64,000 nt of DNA from Thermoplasmatales archaeon SW_10_69_26. GTDB taxonomy: Archaea > Thermoplasmatota > SW-10-69-26. Both the position numbers and the translations under genes were made by a program. The notes below the pieces were generated by a model. It did not search any database, was not told the DNA's origin, and saw nothing but the letters and a program-made list of their open reading frames with translations. Position 1 is the first letter of the stretch; each line of letters begins with the position of its first letter. Shown here piece by piece: positions 19,859-31,183 of the stretch. Where the stretch lies: positions 81,672 through 145,671 of the forward strand of contig PXUB01000032.1 of assembly GCA_003009755.1 (NCBI GenBank), written 5' to 3'.

Positions 19859-21077
19859 AGTGCTTCTCAGCTTGTGTCAGTAGTACCGGGCCACTCCGAA
19901 CTGAACTCACATCCCGGGGTTCTGTAGCTGTCTCAGCCAGACGGAGCCCATTTGGTCTTCAAGGCCTCTAGCGGCTATCTCCGGCCCCTTCATCGCTTCA
20001 GCCGTCACGATCGCTTCGAGCGACAAAAGTCCGTGGTGGAGGGCCTTGTTGTCGCTAGTTCCTCTCCCAACTGAGAGACGTTTAGAACCTCGCCCACACC
20101 CCTCCACCGCCCGTCTCCCTGGGCATGACCGATGAGTTGCCCAGCCTGACCGAATTCGTCAACACCCACCCCACCGAAGACGACTGCCGGCAATACTCCG
20201 CGAGAAACGCTGGGGCGAGGACGGCTTTGAATGCCTACACTGCGGAGAAGACGAACACTGGGGCTTCATCGAAACGCGCCACCTGTTCCAGTGCCACGAG
20301 TGCGGCAAGCAAACCAGTGTGACCGCGGGCACGATCCTGCAGGACACCAAGCTCGACCTGCAGACCTGGTTTTTGGCGATCTACCACGTCATCAAAACCA
20401 AGAAGGGCATCACGGAGCCCGAGCTCGCCCGCACGCTCGGCGTGCACGCGGAGACCGCGCACAACATCCGCCAGAAGATCTACCGCATCCTGAGACGCGC
20501 GCAACACCGGCCGTTAACCGGCGTGGTCGAGGCCGATGAAACCTACGTCGGCGGCAAGCGCCCCGACGATCCCAGCGGCCGGGGCACCACGAAACAGTGC
20601 GTGGTCGCCCTCGTCGAGAACAAAGACGAGGAAGCCGGCAACCTGCACCTGCAATGCGTGCCCGGCGCCGGCGGCGAGAACCTGGCCCCCACCGTGCGAG
20701 CCCGCGTGCAGGAAGGCTCGATGTTGTGGACGGACAACGGGGACGGCTACAACGGGCTTGCGGCCTACGAGCGCGAGGTTCGCCAACCCGACGACGATCA
20801 GGAGATGCACGACGTGCTGCCGTGGAGTCACCGGTGTTCAGCAACCTCAAACGCGTGCTGTACGGGGTGCACGCCTACGTGGAGAACTGGAACGTGCAGC
20901 CGTACTTGGACGCGTTCACGTTCCGCTTCAACCACCGCCCGTTCCTCGGCAAGGCCCTCGAGAAGGCCTTGCAAGGCATCGTTGAGACTCTTCCTCGACC
21001 GAACGATCGGCTCAAACGATCCGGGCAGCTGGGGGCAGCGGCGTAGAGGGGGTTACTGAGACACCCCGAGAAGCACT
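19859..21077 (+). mobile_element. IS1595-family element, degenerate
   Basis: Imperfect TIRs AGTGCTTCTCAGCTTGTGTCAGTA and AGTGCTTCTCGGGGTGTCTCAGTA (reverse complement) enclosing a broken transposase. Confidence 0.78.
20125..21046 (+). pseudogene. IS1595 transposase with at least two frameshifts
   Basis: Zn-ribbon C..C/C..C, VEADETYVGG, WTD and YLDAFTFRFNHR distributed over three reading segments; shifts near 20195 and 20828. Confidence 0.85.
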
Positions 21078-21207
21078 TAGCCCGGAAGGCCGCTAGCGCC
21101 TCCCGGGGGCCGATCGCTGGGCGCGACACCGCGTCGCACCGGCCGGGCAACGCTTTTATCCTGGACCAGGGTTGGAGACGTTGCCGCGATTCTGCGGCGC
21201 TCACCGT

Positions 21208-21280
21208 GGCCCGCGTAGGGTAGTGGTCATCCTCACGGCTTGTGGAGCCGTGGAGGCGGGTTCGACTCTCGCCGCGGGCC
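21208..21280 (+). tRNA. tRNA-His (GUG)
   Basis: Acceptor stem GCCCGCG/CGCGGGC with encoded G-1 and C73; anticodon arm ACGGC-TTGTGGA-GCCGT; T-arm GCGGG-TTCGACT-CTCGC. Confidence 0.95.
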
Positions 21281-21510
21281 CTCACTTCGACCCTCCGCAG
21301 GTTCTCCCATCGATCGAGCTCCGAACAGAGGGCCTCAGGGTCGTGCTCTGAGGGGAGGCGACCGGAACCTGAGCGCGTCTCGGCGAGCCGACCGGCTCGG
21401 CCGGCGGGCGCGTTGCTCGGCGTAGGGGTCCGCGTGGGCACGAAGGAACGGGTTGCCCAGCGATCGCTGGCGGTGGGCGCTCGACGCGTTCATCGTCGCT
21501 CCCCAGCTCC

Positions 21511-21714
21511 TCACGTCCGCGCGAACACGACCGTCGTCTCCCCGTCCCGGTGGAGCGGGACGGGCGCGTAGTCGCTCGGGTCGAAGGCGTAGCCACCGCC
21601 CCTGCCGGCGTCGACGTGGTCGCAGATGCGCAGCCGCAACCAGGCCTTGCGGACGTGGTCGACGGCGGCCTCCGCGTCGACGGTGGGCTCGCGGTCGTCG
21701 CGGGTATCGATCAT
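21511..21714 (-). CDS. Small hypothetical protein (67 aa)
   Basis: Preceded by GAGGGGATGGTGAG (SD-like). A frameshifted paralog lies immediately upstream. Confidence 0.55.
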   Translation of the reverse strand: MIDTRDDREPTVDAEAAVDHVRKAWLRLRICDHVDAGRGGGYAFDPSDYAPVPLHRDGETTVVFART

Positions 21715-21762
21715 CGTCGGCTCACCATCCCCCTCGTGAACCTCGGAGACCTTGAAGCACCT

Positions 21763-21945
21763 CTAGCGATCCTCGAAGACGCTGGCCTTCCTCCCGCTGA
21801 TCTTCGCGAAGGCGAACCCGGTCTCGCCGTCCTCCTCGACGGGGATCGGCTGGTACTCGCAGATCCCAGCCACAACCCCCGCCGCGCTCCGTCTCGAGCA
21901 TCGACATCACCCGGTCACGCAGCCACGTGCGCCGGACGTGATCGC
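21763..21945 (-). pseudogene. Frameshifted paralog of 21511-21714
   Basis: DHVRRTWLRDRV...RGGGCGWDL[shift]EYQPIPVEEDGETGFAFAK aligns with DHVRKAWLRLRI...RGGGYAFDPSDYAPVPLHRDGETTVVFAR. Confidence 0.55.
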
Positions 21946-22060
21946 CCCCGTCGGGGCTGGGAGGCTCGGAGAGGGGGCCGCGGGGCTCGTCACCGGACGC
22001 CGGCGGGTCGGGCGCGCGCTCATCGTGACCACACGAGGGTCTCCTCGCCCAGGCACTTGA

Positions 22061-24480
<2,420 letters not shown>

Positions 24481-24556
24481 CGACTGAACCTCATCCGATG
24501 CATCCGCGCAGGCTGGAGCCCGAAGCCTCAAGCCGGTCGGAGGGCCTCGCGAGTCC

Positions 24557-24928
24557 ATGGATCGTCGCCGGGGCCTCGTGGCCCTCGGCGTCGGCCTCGT
24601 CGTGTCGTTGGCCGTCGTCTGGGCCTTCTTCGCCACGCTGCTCCCGTTTGCGGGGCCCAGCACTGGTCATCCGTGGCGAGGCGGCGTCCCGTTCGTCGCC
24701 GTCGTCTTCGCCGGCTTCGGTCTCGCCCGGCGGATCGAGGGATCCGGGCGGCGGATCGGCGTCCTCGTGGGGCTCCCGGGCGCTGCGATCGGCGGCGTGC
24801 TGGGCGTGCTCGCCGCCCTGCGCAGGGCCCACCTGCTCGCTGTTGCAGGCCTCGTCGTCGTCTACCTGGCGTCGGCGAGCCTCGGGGGCTGGCTCGGGGG
24901 TCGGCGCGGGATGGTGGCCGGCCGCTAG
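24557..24928 (+). CDS. Small membrane protein (about 4 TM)
   Basis: Four hydrophobic segments; high-GC3 codon usage. Confidence 0.65.
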   Translation: MDRRRGLVALGVGLVVSLAVVWAFFATLLPFAGPSTGHPWRGGVPFVAVVFAGFGLARRIEGSGRRIGVLVGLPGAAIGGVLGVLAALRRAHLLAVAGLVVVYLASASLGGWLGGRRGMVAGR

Positions 24929-25298
24929 ACTGCCGGCTGTGCTTGGGTTAAGCTCTCGCTCGGCCTCAGGCGGTGAAAGCGCGGAGCCGAGACGAAGGAG
25001 TAGCCGGAGGCTACTTCGATGTCGGAGACCGTGGGACCGGAAATGTTCTGGTGCGCCGGTCTGAGGCGGGCAATCTCGTTGTCGCCCCCTGAGATCTCGC
25101 CCGTCCGAGCGATCTCAGGCACGCCCGGATCTCTGATCCGGGCAGTGTCCGTCGAAAACCCACAGGGGGTTTCCTTCCTCGGGCTCCGCGACCTTGCCTC
25201 GCTCCCTCGCACGAGCCCTCCGGGCTCGTACTCTCGGCAGACCGTGCCCGGTCTCCCGAGACCGGCGCGAGAGCTTAAGCAAAACACGTCCGGCAGTT
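24928..25298. mobile_element. MITE-like element, copy 2 (inverted relative to copy 1)
   Basis: GACTGCCGG...CCGGCAGTT flanked by TA at 24926-27 and 25299-300; both TIRs contain TTAAGCTCTCGC. Confidence 0.9.
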
Positions 25299-25861
25299 TA
25301 GTCCTTCTTGTACGGCGGCTCGGTCATCGCTTCCTCGGTCCCGTTGGCAGCATCCGAGCTGGTGATCTCCTTCAGCCTGCGGATGCCGTCGACCTCGCCG
25401 ACGATGCGAGCCACGGGATCAGGTACCAGATCCTTCCAAGTCTGCCTGTCCTGATGCATGAGCTGGCGGATTTGGGTCGCCTCGTAGCGCTCGCGGTCGA
25501 CGAGATCGAACTCCCGGACCTCGTAGCCGGCCTCGTGGAACAACCGCTTCGGCAGCGGGTTGTTCATGTAGCAGACGTCGAAGGGCGGGCAGAACGTCTC
25601 GACGTGGCTCACCCACAGCGAGTTGCGGTGGATGTCCGGCACCGGGATGATCGTCGCGTGGATGTCTCGCTCGACGAGGCTCTCGTCCAGCATCCACACC
25701 CGCTCGCCGGCCGTGAACGGATTCTCCTTCGTGTGCGAGTACTGGCTGGAGCCGACCACGATCACCAGGCGGTCCACGTCGGCCACGATCTCCTCGATCA
25801 CGGAGAGGTGGCCAAGGTGGGGCGGCTGGAACCGACCCAGGAACATGCCACGCGTGGGCAT
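25298..25861 (-). CDS. nadM: Archaeal nicotinamide-nucleotide adenylyltransferase
   Basis: GRFQPPHLGH, NPFTAGER and ATQIR motifs. Confidence 0.93.
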   Translation of the reverse strand: MPTRGMFLGRFQPPHLGHLSVIEEIVADVDRLVIVVGSSQYSHTKENPFTAGERVWMLDESLVERDIHATIIPVPDIHRNSLWVSHVETFCPPFDVCYMNNPLPKRLFHEAGYEVREFDLVDRERYEATQIRQLMHQDRQTWKDLVPDPVARIVGEVDGIRRLKEITSSDAANGTEEAMTEPPYKKD

Positions 25862-25991
25862 CAAGCCGGTCAACGCCCGGGGTCTTTAAGATGATGCGGT
25901 CGAGGGTGCCAGCGCCGGCCAACCGCCAGCCAGCGCTGGGGGAGAACGGATGCCGGCCCCCCTCGCGGAGGCCGGAGACCTCGGGACGGGA

Positions 25992-28034
25992 TCAGGCGCC
26001 GGCTGGGGTGCCTTGGCCGAGGCTCTCGCCGCTTTCGCCGGTGGACTTGGTGATCGCCTTCGCCAGCCGGGCGAGCAGCGAATCCTTCTCGTCGCCGACG
26101 AGGGCGTGCTCGAGCACCTCGTCGAGCGTCTCGACGGGCACGACCTCGATCTCGTCGGCGTACTTGTCCTCGAGCAGGACGTCGTCCTCGTTGGCCTTCG
26201 GGATGATCGCCTTGCGGATGCCCGCCTCGGCAGCGGACTCGATCTTGGGCGTGACACCGCCGACGGGCAGCACCTCGCCGCGCACCGACAGGGACCCGGT
26301 CATGGCGACCGACTGGTCGATCCCCAGCTCCTCGAGCGCGCTGATCACGGCGGCTGCGACGCTGATCGACGCCGAGTCGCCCTCCACGCCCTCGTAGGTG
26401 CCGATGAACTGGATGTGCACGTCGAGCGTGCTCATGTCCACGCCGGTGTACTTCTTCACGAGCGCGGACACGTTCTGCACGGCCTCCTCGGCGATCTCGC
26501 CGAGCTTCCCGGTCGCGATGACGCGACCCTCGGACTTGCTCTGCGCCGGCGTGACCTCGGCCACGATCGGCAACATCAGTCCGCTGGGTTCGCCGACGTC
26601 GTCGCCGCCCATGACGGCGAGGCCGTTCACGCGACCGATGGCCTCACCCTGCCGCTCGAAGGAGCGGTACTCCTGGCGGCGGTTGATCACGTTGTCGGCG
26701 ATCTGCTGCTCGAGCGAGCGAGCCACGCGCTTGGCGCGGACCACGTGCTCGGCGGTGACGATCGGGGCCTTCTCCTCGATCGCGACGTCGCCGGCGACGC
26801 GGACGAGGCCACCGAGCTCGCGCAGGCGCAGCGTCAGGCGTCCCCGACGGCCGGAGCGGCGTTGGCCCTCGCGGAGGACCTCGGCGATCGCCGACCGGTC
26901 GAAGTGCGGGATCTTGCCGTCCTTGGCGACCTCCTGCGCGATGAAGCGGACGATCTTGCGCCGGTTCTCGTCCGTGTCCGGCATGTCCTCGTTCATGTAC
27001 ACCTCGTACCCGTACCCGCGGATGCGGGAGCGGAGGGCCGGGTGCATGCCTTGGTCGAGCGGGTTGCCCTGTTGGCCCTTGATGGCGTCGAGGTTCCCGC
27101 TGGCCACGAGCACGAAGTCGCAGGGCACGGGCTCGGTCTTCACCATCGCGCCGCTGGAGCGCTCGCTTTGCCCCATGATGGGGTACTCCTTCTCCTGGAG
27201 GGCCGTCAGCAGCTGCTGCTGGCTCTCCTGACGCAGCGTGTTGATCTCGTCGATGAACAACACGCCCTTGTGCGCCTTGTGGATCGCGCCGGCCTCGACC
27301 CGCTCGTGGGCGGGCGTCTCGAGACCACCGGACTGGAACGGGTCGTGGCGCACGTCGCCCAGCAGCGCGCCGGCGTGGGCACCGGTCGCGTCCTCGAACG
27401 GCGGCTGAGTGCGCTCGTCGTTGGCGACGAGCAGCTTGGGCACCAGAGCGGTCTCGCGGTTGCCCATCTGCCGCATCACCATGAACAAGATCGCGGCCGC
27501 GATCACGCCGACGAGCAGCACGGTCACGTCACGCGTCTGCAGGAAGTACAGGAACGCGAACGCGCCGATGGCCAGCATGATGAACAGCTGCAGCGTGGCC
27601 TTGCGCTCTTGGCGCTTCTCGGCCTCGGCCTTCTGGGCGTTGACGATCTCGCGCCCCTTGCCGGAGGGGACGACCCGGATGCGGGGAGTGTGCTCGTCGT
27701 CCTGGTTGGGGTAGACGATGATGTCCTCGAGTTCCTCCGGGGGGAGGAGGTTGGACATCGCTTGCGCGAGCATCGACTTCCCCGTGCCGGGCGGGCCGAT
27801 CATCATCGCGTGGCGGCGCTGCTCGGCCGCCTTCTTGATGACCTCGACCGCCAGATCCTGGCCGATGACCTGGTCGACCAAGCGATCGGGGATATCCACG
27901 TCGTTCGTGGATTCGATCGGCTGACCCCGGACCCAGTCAGCGACGGGGATCTCGAGGATCGGTTCCTCCTCCTCGTCGTCCGCGTCGGGGGGAGGGGGCG
28001 ATTCGTCGTCGATCGGTGAAGTCGTCGGGGACAT
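25992..28034 (-). CDS. lonB: Membrane-anchored ATP-dependent protease LonB
   Basis: DQVIGQ, GPPGTGKS, two TM helices, HKAHKGVLFIDE, EGDSAS and GGVTPK motifs. Confidence 0.96.
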   Translation of the reverse strand: MSPTTSPIDDESPPPPDADDEEEEPILEIPVADWVRGQPIESTNDVDIPDRLVDQVIGQDLAVEVIKKAAEQRRHAMMIGPPGTGKSMLAQAMSNLLPPEELEDIIVYPNQDDEHTPRIRVVPSGKGREIVNAQKAEAEKRQERKATLQLFIMLAIGAFAFLYFLQTRDVTVLLVGVIAAAILFMVMRQMGNRETALVPKLLVANDERTQPPFEDATGAHAGALLGDVRHDPFQSGGLETPAHERVEAGAIHKAHKGVLFIDEINTLRQESQQQLLTALQEKEYPIMGQSERSSGAMVKTEPVPCDFVLVASGNLDAIKGQQGNPLDQGMHPALRSRIRGYGYEVYMNEDMPDTDENRRKIVRFIAQEVAKDGKIPHFDRSAIAEVLREGQRRSGRRGRLTLRLRELGGLVRVAGDVAIEEKAPIVTAEHVVRAKRVARSLEQQIADNVINRRQEYRSFERQGEAIGRVNGLAVMGGDDVGEPSGLMLPIVAEVTPAQSKSEGRVIATGKLGEIAEEAVQNVSALVKKYTGVDMSTLDVHIQFIGTYEGVEGDSASISVAAAVISALEELGIDQSVAMTGSLSVRGEVLPVGGVTPKIESAAEAGIRKAIIPKANEDDVLLEDKYADEIEVVPVETLDEVLEHALVGDEKDSLLARLAKAITKSTGESGESLGQGTPAGA

Positions 28035-28257
28035 CGAGAGCCTCGATCGGGCAAGCACCCACCCGCCCGTTCGACCCAAGCTTGCGTTCCCTCGGGTATC
28101 AACGTTTGGGTGAGCGCGCACCAGCGCGTAGGGCGGAACCCCTTAAAAGCCTTCCACGAAGCCTCCCACGGGAGCCAGCTCCCGATAGCCCCTCCGGTGT
28201 GCGCGAGCGTCCCACCCCATGGACGAGTTTAAGCCACCGACGTCCCTGGACGGGTTG

Positions 28258-29121
28258 ATGATCGTCGCGACGGCCCCGCAGCGCAGCGCGATGGGCGAGA
28301 GCCTCGCCCGCGAGCTGGGCGTCCGCTACGTCGAACTCACCGCCGAGCGGTTCCCCGACGGCGAGTACCATGCTCGCGTGCCTGAACGGATCGACGGGAC
28401 CGCGGTCCTCGTCGGCGATCTCCGTCCCGACGAACGCATCCTCGAGACCGTGGTCGGCGCCGACGCCCTGCGGGAGGCCGGAGCCGACGAGATCGTCCTG
28501 GCCGCTCCCTACCTCGCCTACGGCCGCCAGGACCGAGCCTTCGAGCCCGGGGAGGGCGTCAGCGCTCGCGCGCTCTTGCGGGCTCTGTCGGCCAACGCCG
28601 ACGCTTTCGCGACGGTCGACCCCCACACCGACGGCGTGCTCGACCACTTCGACGGAGCCACGAGCGCGGCTACGGCCGCCCAAGAGATCGCCACGCACCT
28701 GGCCGACGAGGGCGTCGACCTCGTGCTCGCTCCCGACGCCGGGGCCCGCGACCGGGCCGAGCAGGTCGCCGACCACCTCGGCTGCCCGTTCGATCACCTC
28801 GAGAAGCACCGCAAGTCCGCGCACGAGGTCGAGATCGAACCCCACGATGCCGACGTGACGGGGCAGACCGTGCTCGTCGTCGACGACATCGTGGCCACGG
28901 GCGGGACCATGTCCACCGCGACCCGGCAACTGCTGGACGCCGGGGCCGGCCGCGTCCTGTTGGCGGCCACGCACGGCGTGTTCGCCGACGGCGCTCTCAA
29001 GCGGTTGGACGACGCCGGGGCCGAGACGATCCTCGCGACGGACGCGATCCCGTCGTCGGCGTCGGCGATCAGTCTAGCGCCCGCGCTCGCCCGAGCCGCG
29101 CGGCGAGCCCGATCAGGCTGA
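28258..29121 (+). CDS. prs: Ribose-phosphate pyrophosphokinase
   Basis: FPDGE, PYLAYGRQD, APDAGA and VDDIVATGGT motifs. Confidence 0.94.
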   Translation: MIVATAPQRSAMGESLARELGVRYVELTAERFPDGEYHARVPERIDGTAVLVGDLRPDERILETVVGADALREAGADEIVLAAPYLAYGRQDRAFEPGEGVSARALLRALSANADAFATVDPHTDGVLDHFDGATSAATAAQEIATHLADEGVDLVLAPDAGARDRAEQVADHLGCPFDHLEKHRKSAHEVEIEPHDADVTGQTVLVVDDIVATGGTMSTATRQLLDAGAGRVLLAATHGVFADGALKRLDDAGAETILATDAIPSSASAISLAPALARAARRARSG

Positions 29122-31009
29122 TCACGGCGGCCAGCCCCGGCAGCGGAGCCTCGCTGGGCACAGGCTCGCTCACGGTGAACGTCTCCTGCCCCAGCTCGCC
29201 CTGGGGGCCGAGGACGCGGACCTCGTGCGGGCCGGCGGTCAACGGGCCCGTCGTGGCGGACACCGTGCGCACCTGGCCGGCGGCGATGTCGACGTCGCGT
29301 TCGACGATCGCTTGCCCGTCCAGCTCCACGGTCACCGGGGCACGGTAGGGGGCCTGGCCGGCGTTCGCGATGCGGGCACCCACGGTCACGTTGTCCTCGG
29401 TCACCGGGTCGGGCGGCCACAGCGTCACGTTCACGCTCGGATCCGCGGGCGAGAGGACCTCGATCGTGCGCGAGGCGCCCTGGATCGCCAGCTCGTAGCT
29501 GCCGCGGTCCAGCGCCTCCACCTGCGCCGACGCTCGGGCCGAGGCGCCGGCGTCCAGCGTCGCCGTCAGCCGGCCGCGCCGGGTGCCGTCGACCTCGACG
29601 GGCACCTCGATGCTCGTCTGCTGGGTGTCGAGGTTCGTGACCTGCACCTCGAGCTCGAAGGGCTCCCCGGCCACCGGCGGCGAGGGGTCCAACCCGAGGA
29701 TCCGGATCGCCACCTCGCCCGGGAACACCGATCCCAGCTGGGGCACGTCGGAGTCGTAGACGTAGTTGTGGAAGAACGGGGCGGCGTCGTGGCCGGTGAC
29801 CTCGGCGATGACGTCGACGACCTGGTTCGTCTGGATGCGGAACCCGTCGTCGGCCGCGCCGCGCCGGTTCAGCTCCCTGAGGATGTCGGACAACGTGTAC
29901 TGGTTGCCCGTATCCTGCCGGATCCGGTCGTCGAGCGCCGTGGTCACGACGGCGCCCTTCGTGTAGGCGGCCTGCTCGTTGCCGCTCCCGTACACGGCCG
30001 AGGTCAACGCAACCGCGTGCTCCTCCTCGGCGCGCTCCTGGCGCTGCTGGAGGAAGTCCCGCGCCTCCTGACGCGTCTTCACGTCGGCGGCGACCTCGAG
30101 CAAGACGCCGTGGGCGACCGCCGTGCCCTCGGCCACCCAGATCGTGGCCTCGCCGGGGTCGCGCGAGAACCGGAAGCCCTGGTAGGCGTGCACCATCTCG
30201 TGGGCGACGACGTTGGCGTCGGCGTCGTCGTGCAAGAACACGCCGGCCGGGCTACCGAGCCCGCCGCGGAACATCGGCGAGGGTGCGACGACGATGAACC
30301 GCTCGTGCGCGGTCTCGCCGTAGATGCCGCCGAGGAACGAGCGCGCCTCGAGCAGGATGCGCTCGGTCGTGTCGTCCTCCTGGGCCCCGGCGACGCGCAC
30401 GATGCGGTAGCCGTCCTCGCCGCTGCCCAGCGTGCCCTCCTCGAGCCCGGGCCCGCCGGCCAGGAACCCGCGCGGCAGCGGCCGGTCGAGCTGGAAGCTG
30501 GTGCCTGAGGTCGGCCAGGGGCCCTTGAACGTCCAGCTGTCGGGGCCCTCGACCGTGAGCTCGCTGTCGAAGGTGGGCGCATCGCCGCGGTAGCTGTACC
30601 GGATGCCGGGCACCATGTCGCCGGCCTTGACGACGGTGAACTCCTCGTCGAGGTACGTCGTGTGGCCTTCCCCCTCGAGCGTTTGCGCGCGGATGCGGGC
30701 GTCGCTCGTCCACGTGGCACTGGCCTGCGGCGTCTCCTCGAGGTCGGCGACGTACACCCCATCCTCCTTGCGCCACTCGCCGTCGAGCTGCGGGCTGCCC
30801 TCCAGCGTGGACAGCTCGCCCAGCCGGAGCTGAACCGTCGTCAACGGGCCCGGATCTTGGACCTCGAAGACCACGTCCACCGTCCCGTCGGCTGGAGCCA
30901 GCTGGAAGGTGAGATCCAGTTCCACCGCCGAGGACGTCTGCGCGGCGCTCGGCGCGGCCAGACCCACGGCCACGGCGAGCAGGACCACGATCAGCGTACG
31001 GGTCCGCAC
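29069..31009 (-). CDS. Secreted gluzincin-type metallopeptidase with CARDB-like domains and C-terminal anchor
   Basis: Signal peptide, HEMVH...WVAEG, YTKGA, two Ig-like repeats, PLPG-hydrophobic-basic tail. Confidence 0.78.
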   Translation of the reverse strand: MRTRTLIVVLLAVAVGLAAPSAAQTSSAVELDLTFQLAPADGTVDVVFEVQDPGPLTTVQLRLGELSTLEGSPQLDGEWRKEDGVYVADLEETPQASATWTSDARIRAQTLEGEGHTTYLDEEFTVVKAGDMVPGIRYSYRGDAPTFDSELTVEGPDSWTFKGPWPTSGTSFQLDRPLPRGFLAGGPGLEEGTLGSGEDGYRIVRVAGAQEDDTTERILLEARSFLGGIYGETAHERFIVVAPSPMFRGGLGSPAGVFLHDDADANVVAHEMVHAYQGFRFSRDPGEATIWVAEGTAVAHGVLLEVAADVKTRQEARDFLQQRQERAEEEHAVALTSAVYGSGNEQAAYTKGAVVTTALDDRIRQDTGNQYTLSDILRELNRRGAADDGFRIQTNQVVDVIAEVTGHDAAPFFHNYVYDSDVPQLGSVFPGEVAIRILGLDPSPPVAGEPFELEVQVTNLDTQQTSIEVPVEVDGTRRGRLTATLDAGASARASAQVEALDRGSYELAIQGASRTIEVLSPADPSVNVTLWPPDPVTEDNVTVGARIANAGQAPYRAPVTVELDGQAIVERDVDIAAGQVRTVSATTGPLTAGPHEVRVLGPQGELGQETFTVSEPVPSEAPLPGLAAVISLIGLAARLGRARALD

Positions 31010-31183
31010 AACTCCAAGCAGACGGCCAGCTGTGAAAAGGCTTGTGAAGGCGCCATCCGTCCGGCTTGGCCCTCACGGCGCGGGCATGGGGCGGCTCGGC
31101 AAGCCCACAATGGCCTAATAGGAGGAGTATCATCGCCGGCCGCCCCCGATTCTCAGGAAGGGGTGCTTAGGTGACACTGCGAA

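Noticed and set aside
20099-21052. CCCCTCCACCGCC / GGCGTAGAGGGG as IS1595 termini
   Set aside because: A weaker match than the 24-bp inverted repeat at 19859 and 21077.
24925-25287. ORFs inside MITE copies (MFCLSSRAGLGRPG...)
   Set aside because: The frame is not conserved between copies, and indels vary freely.
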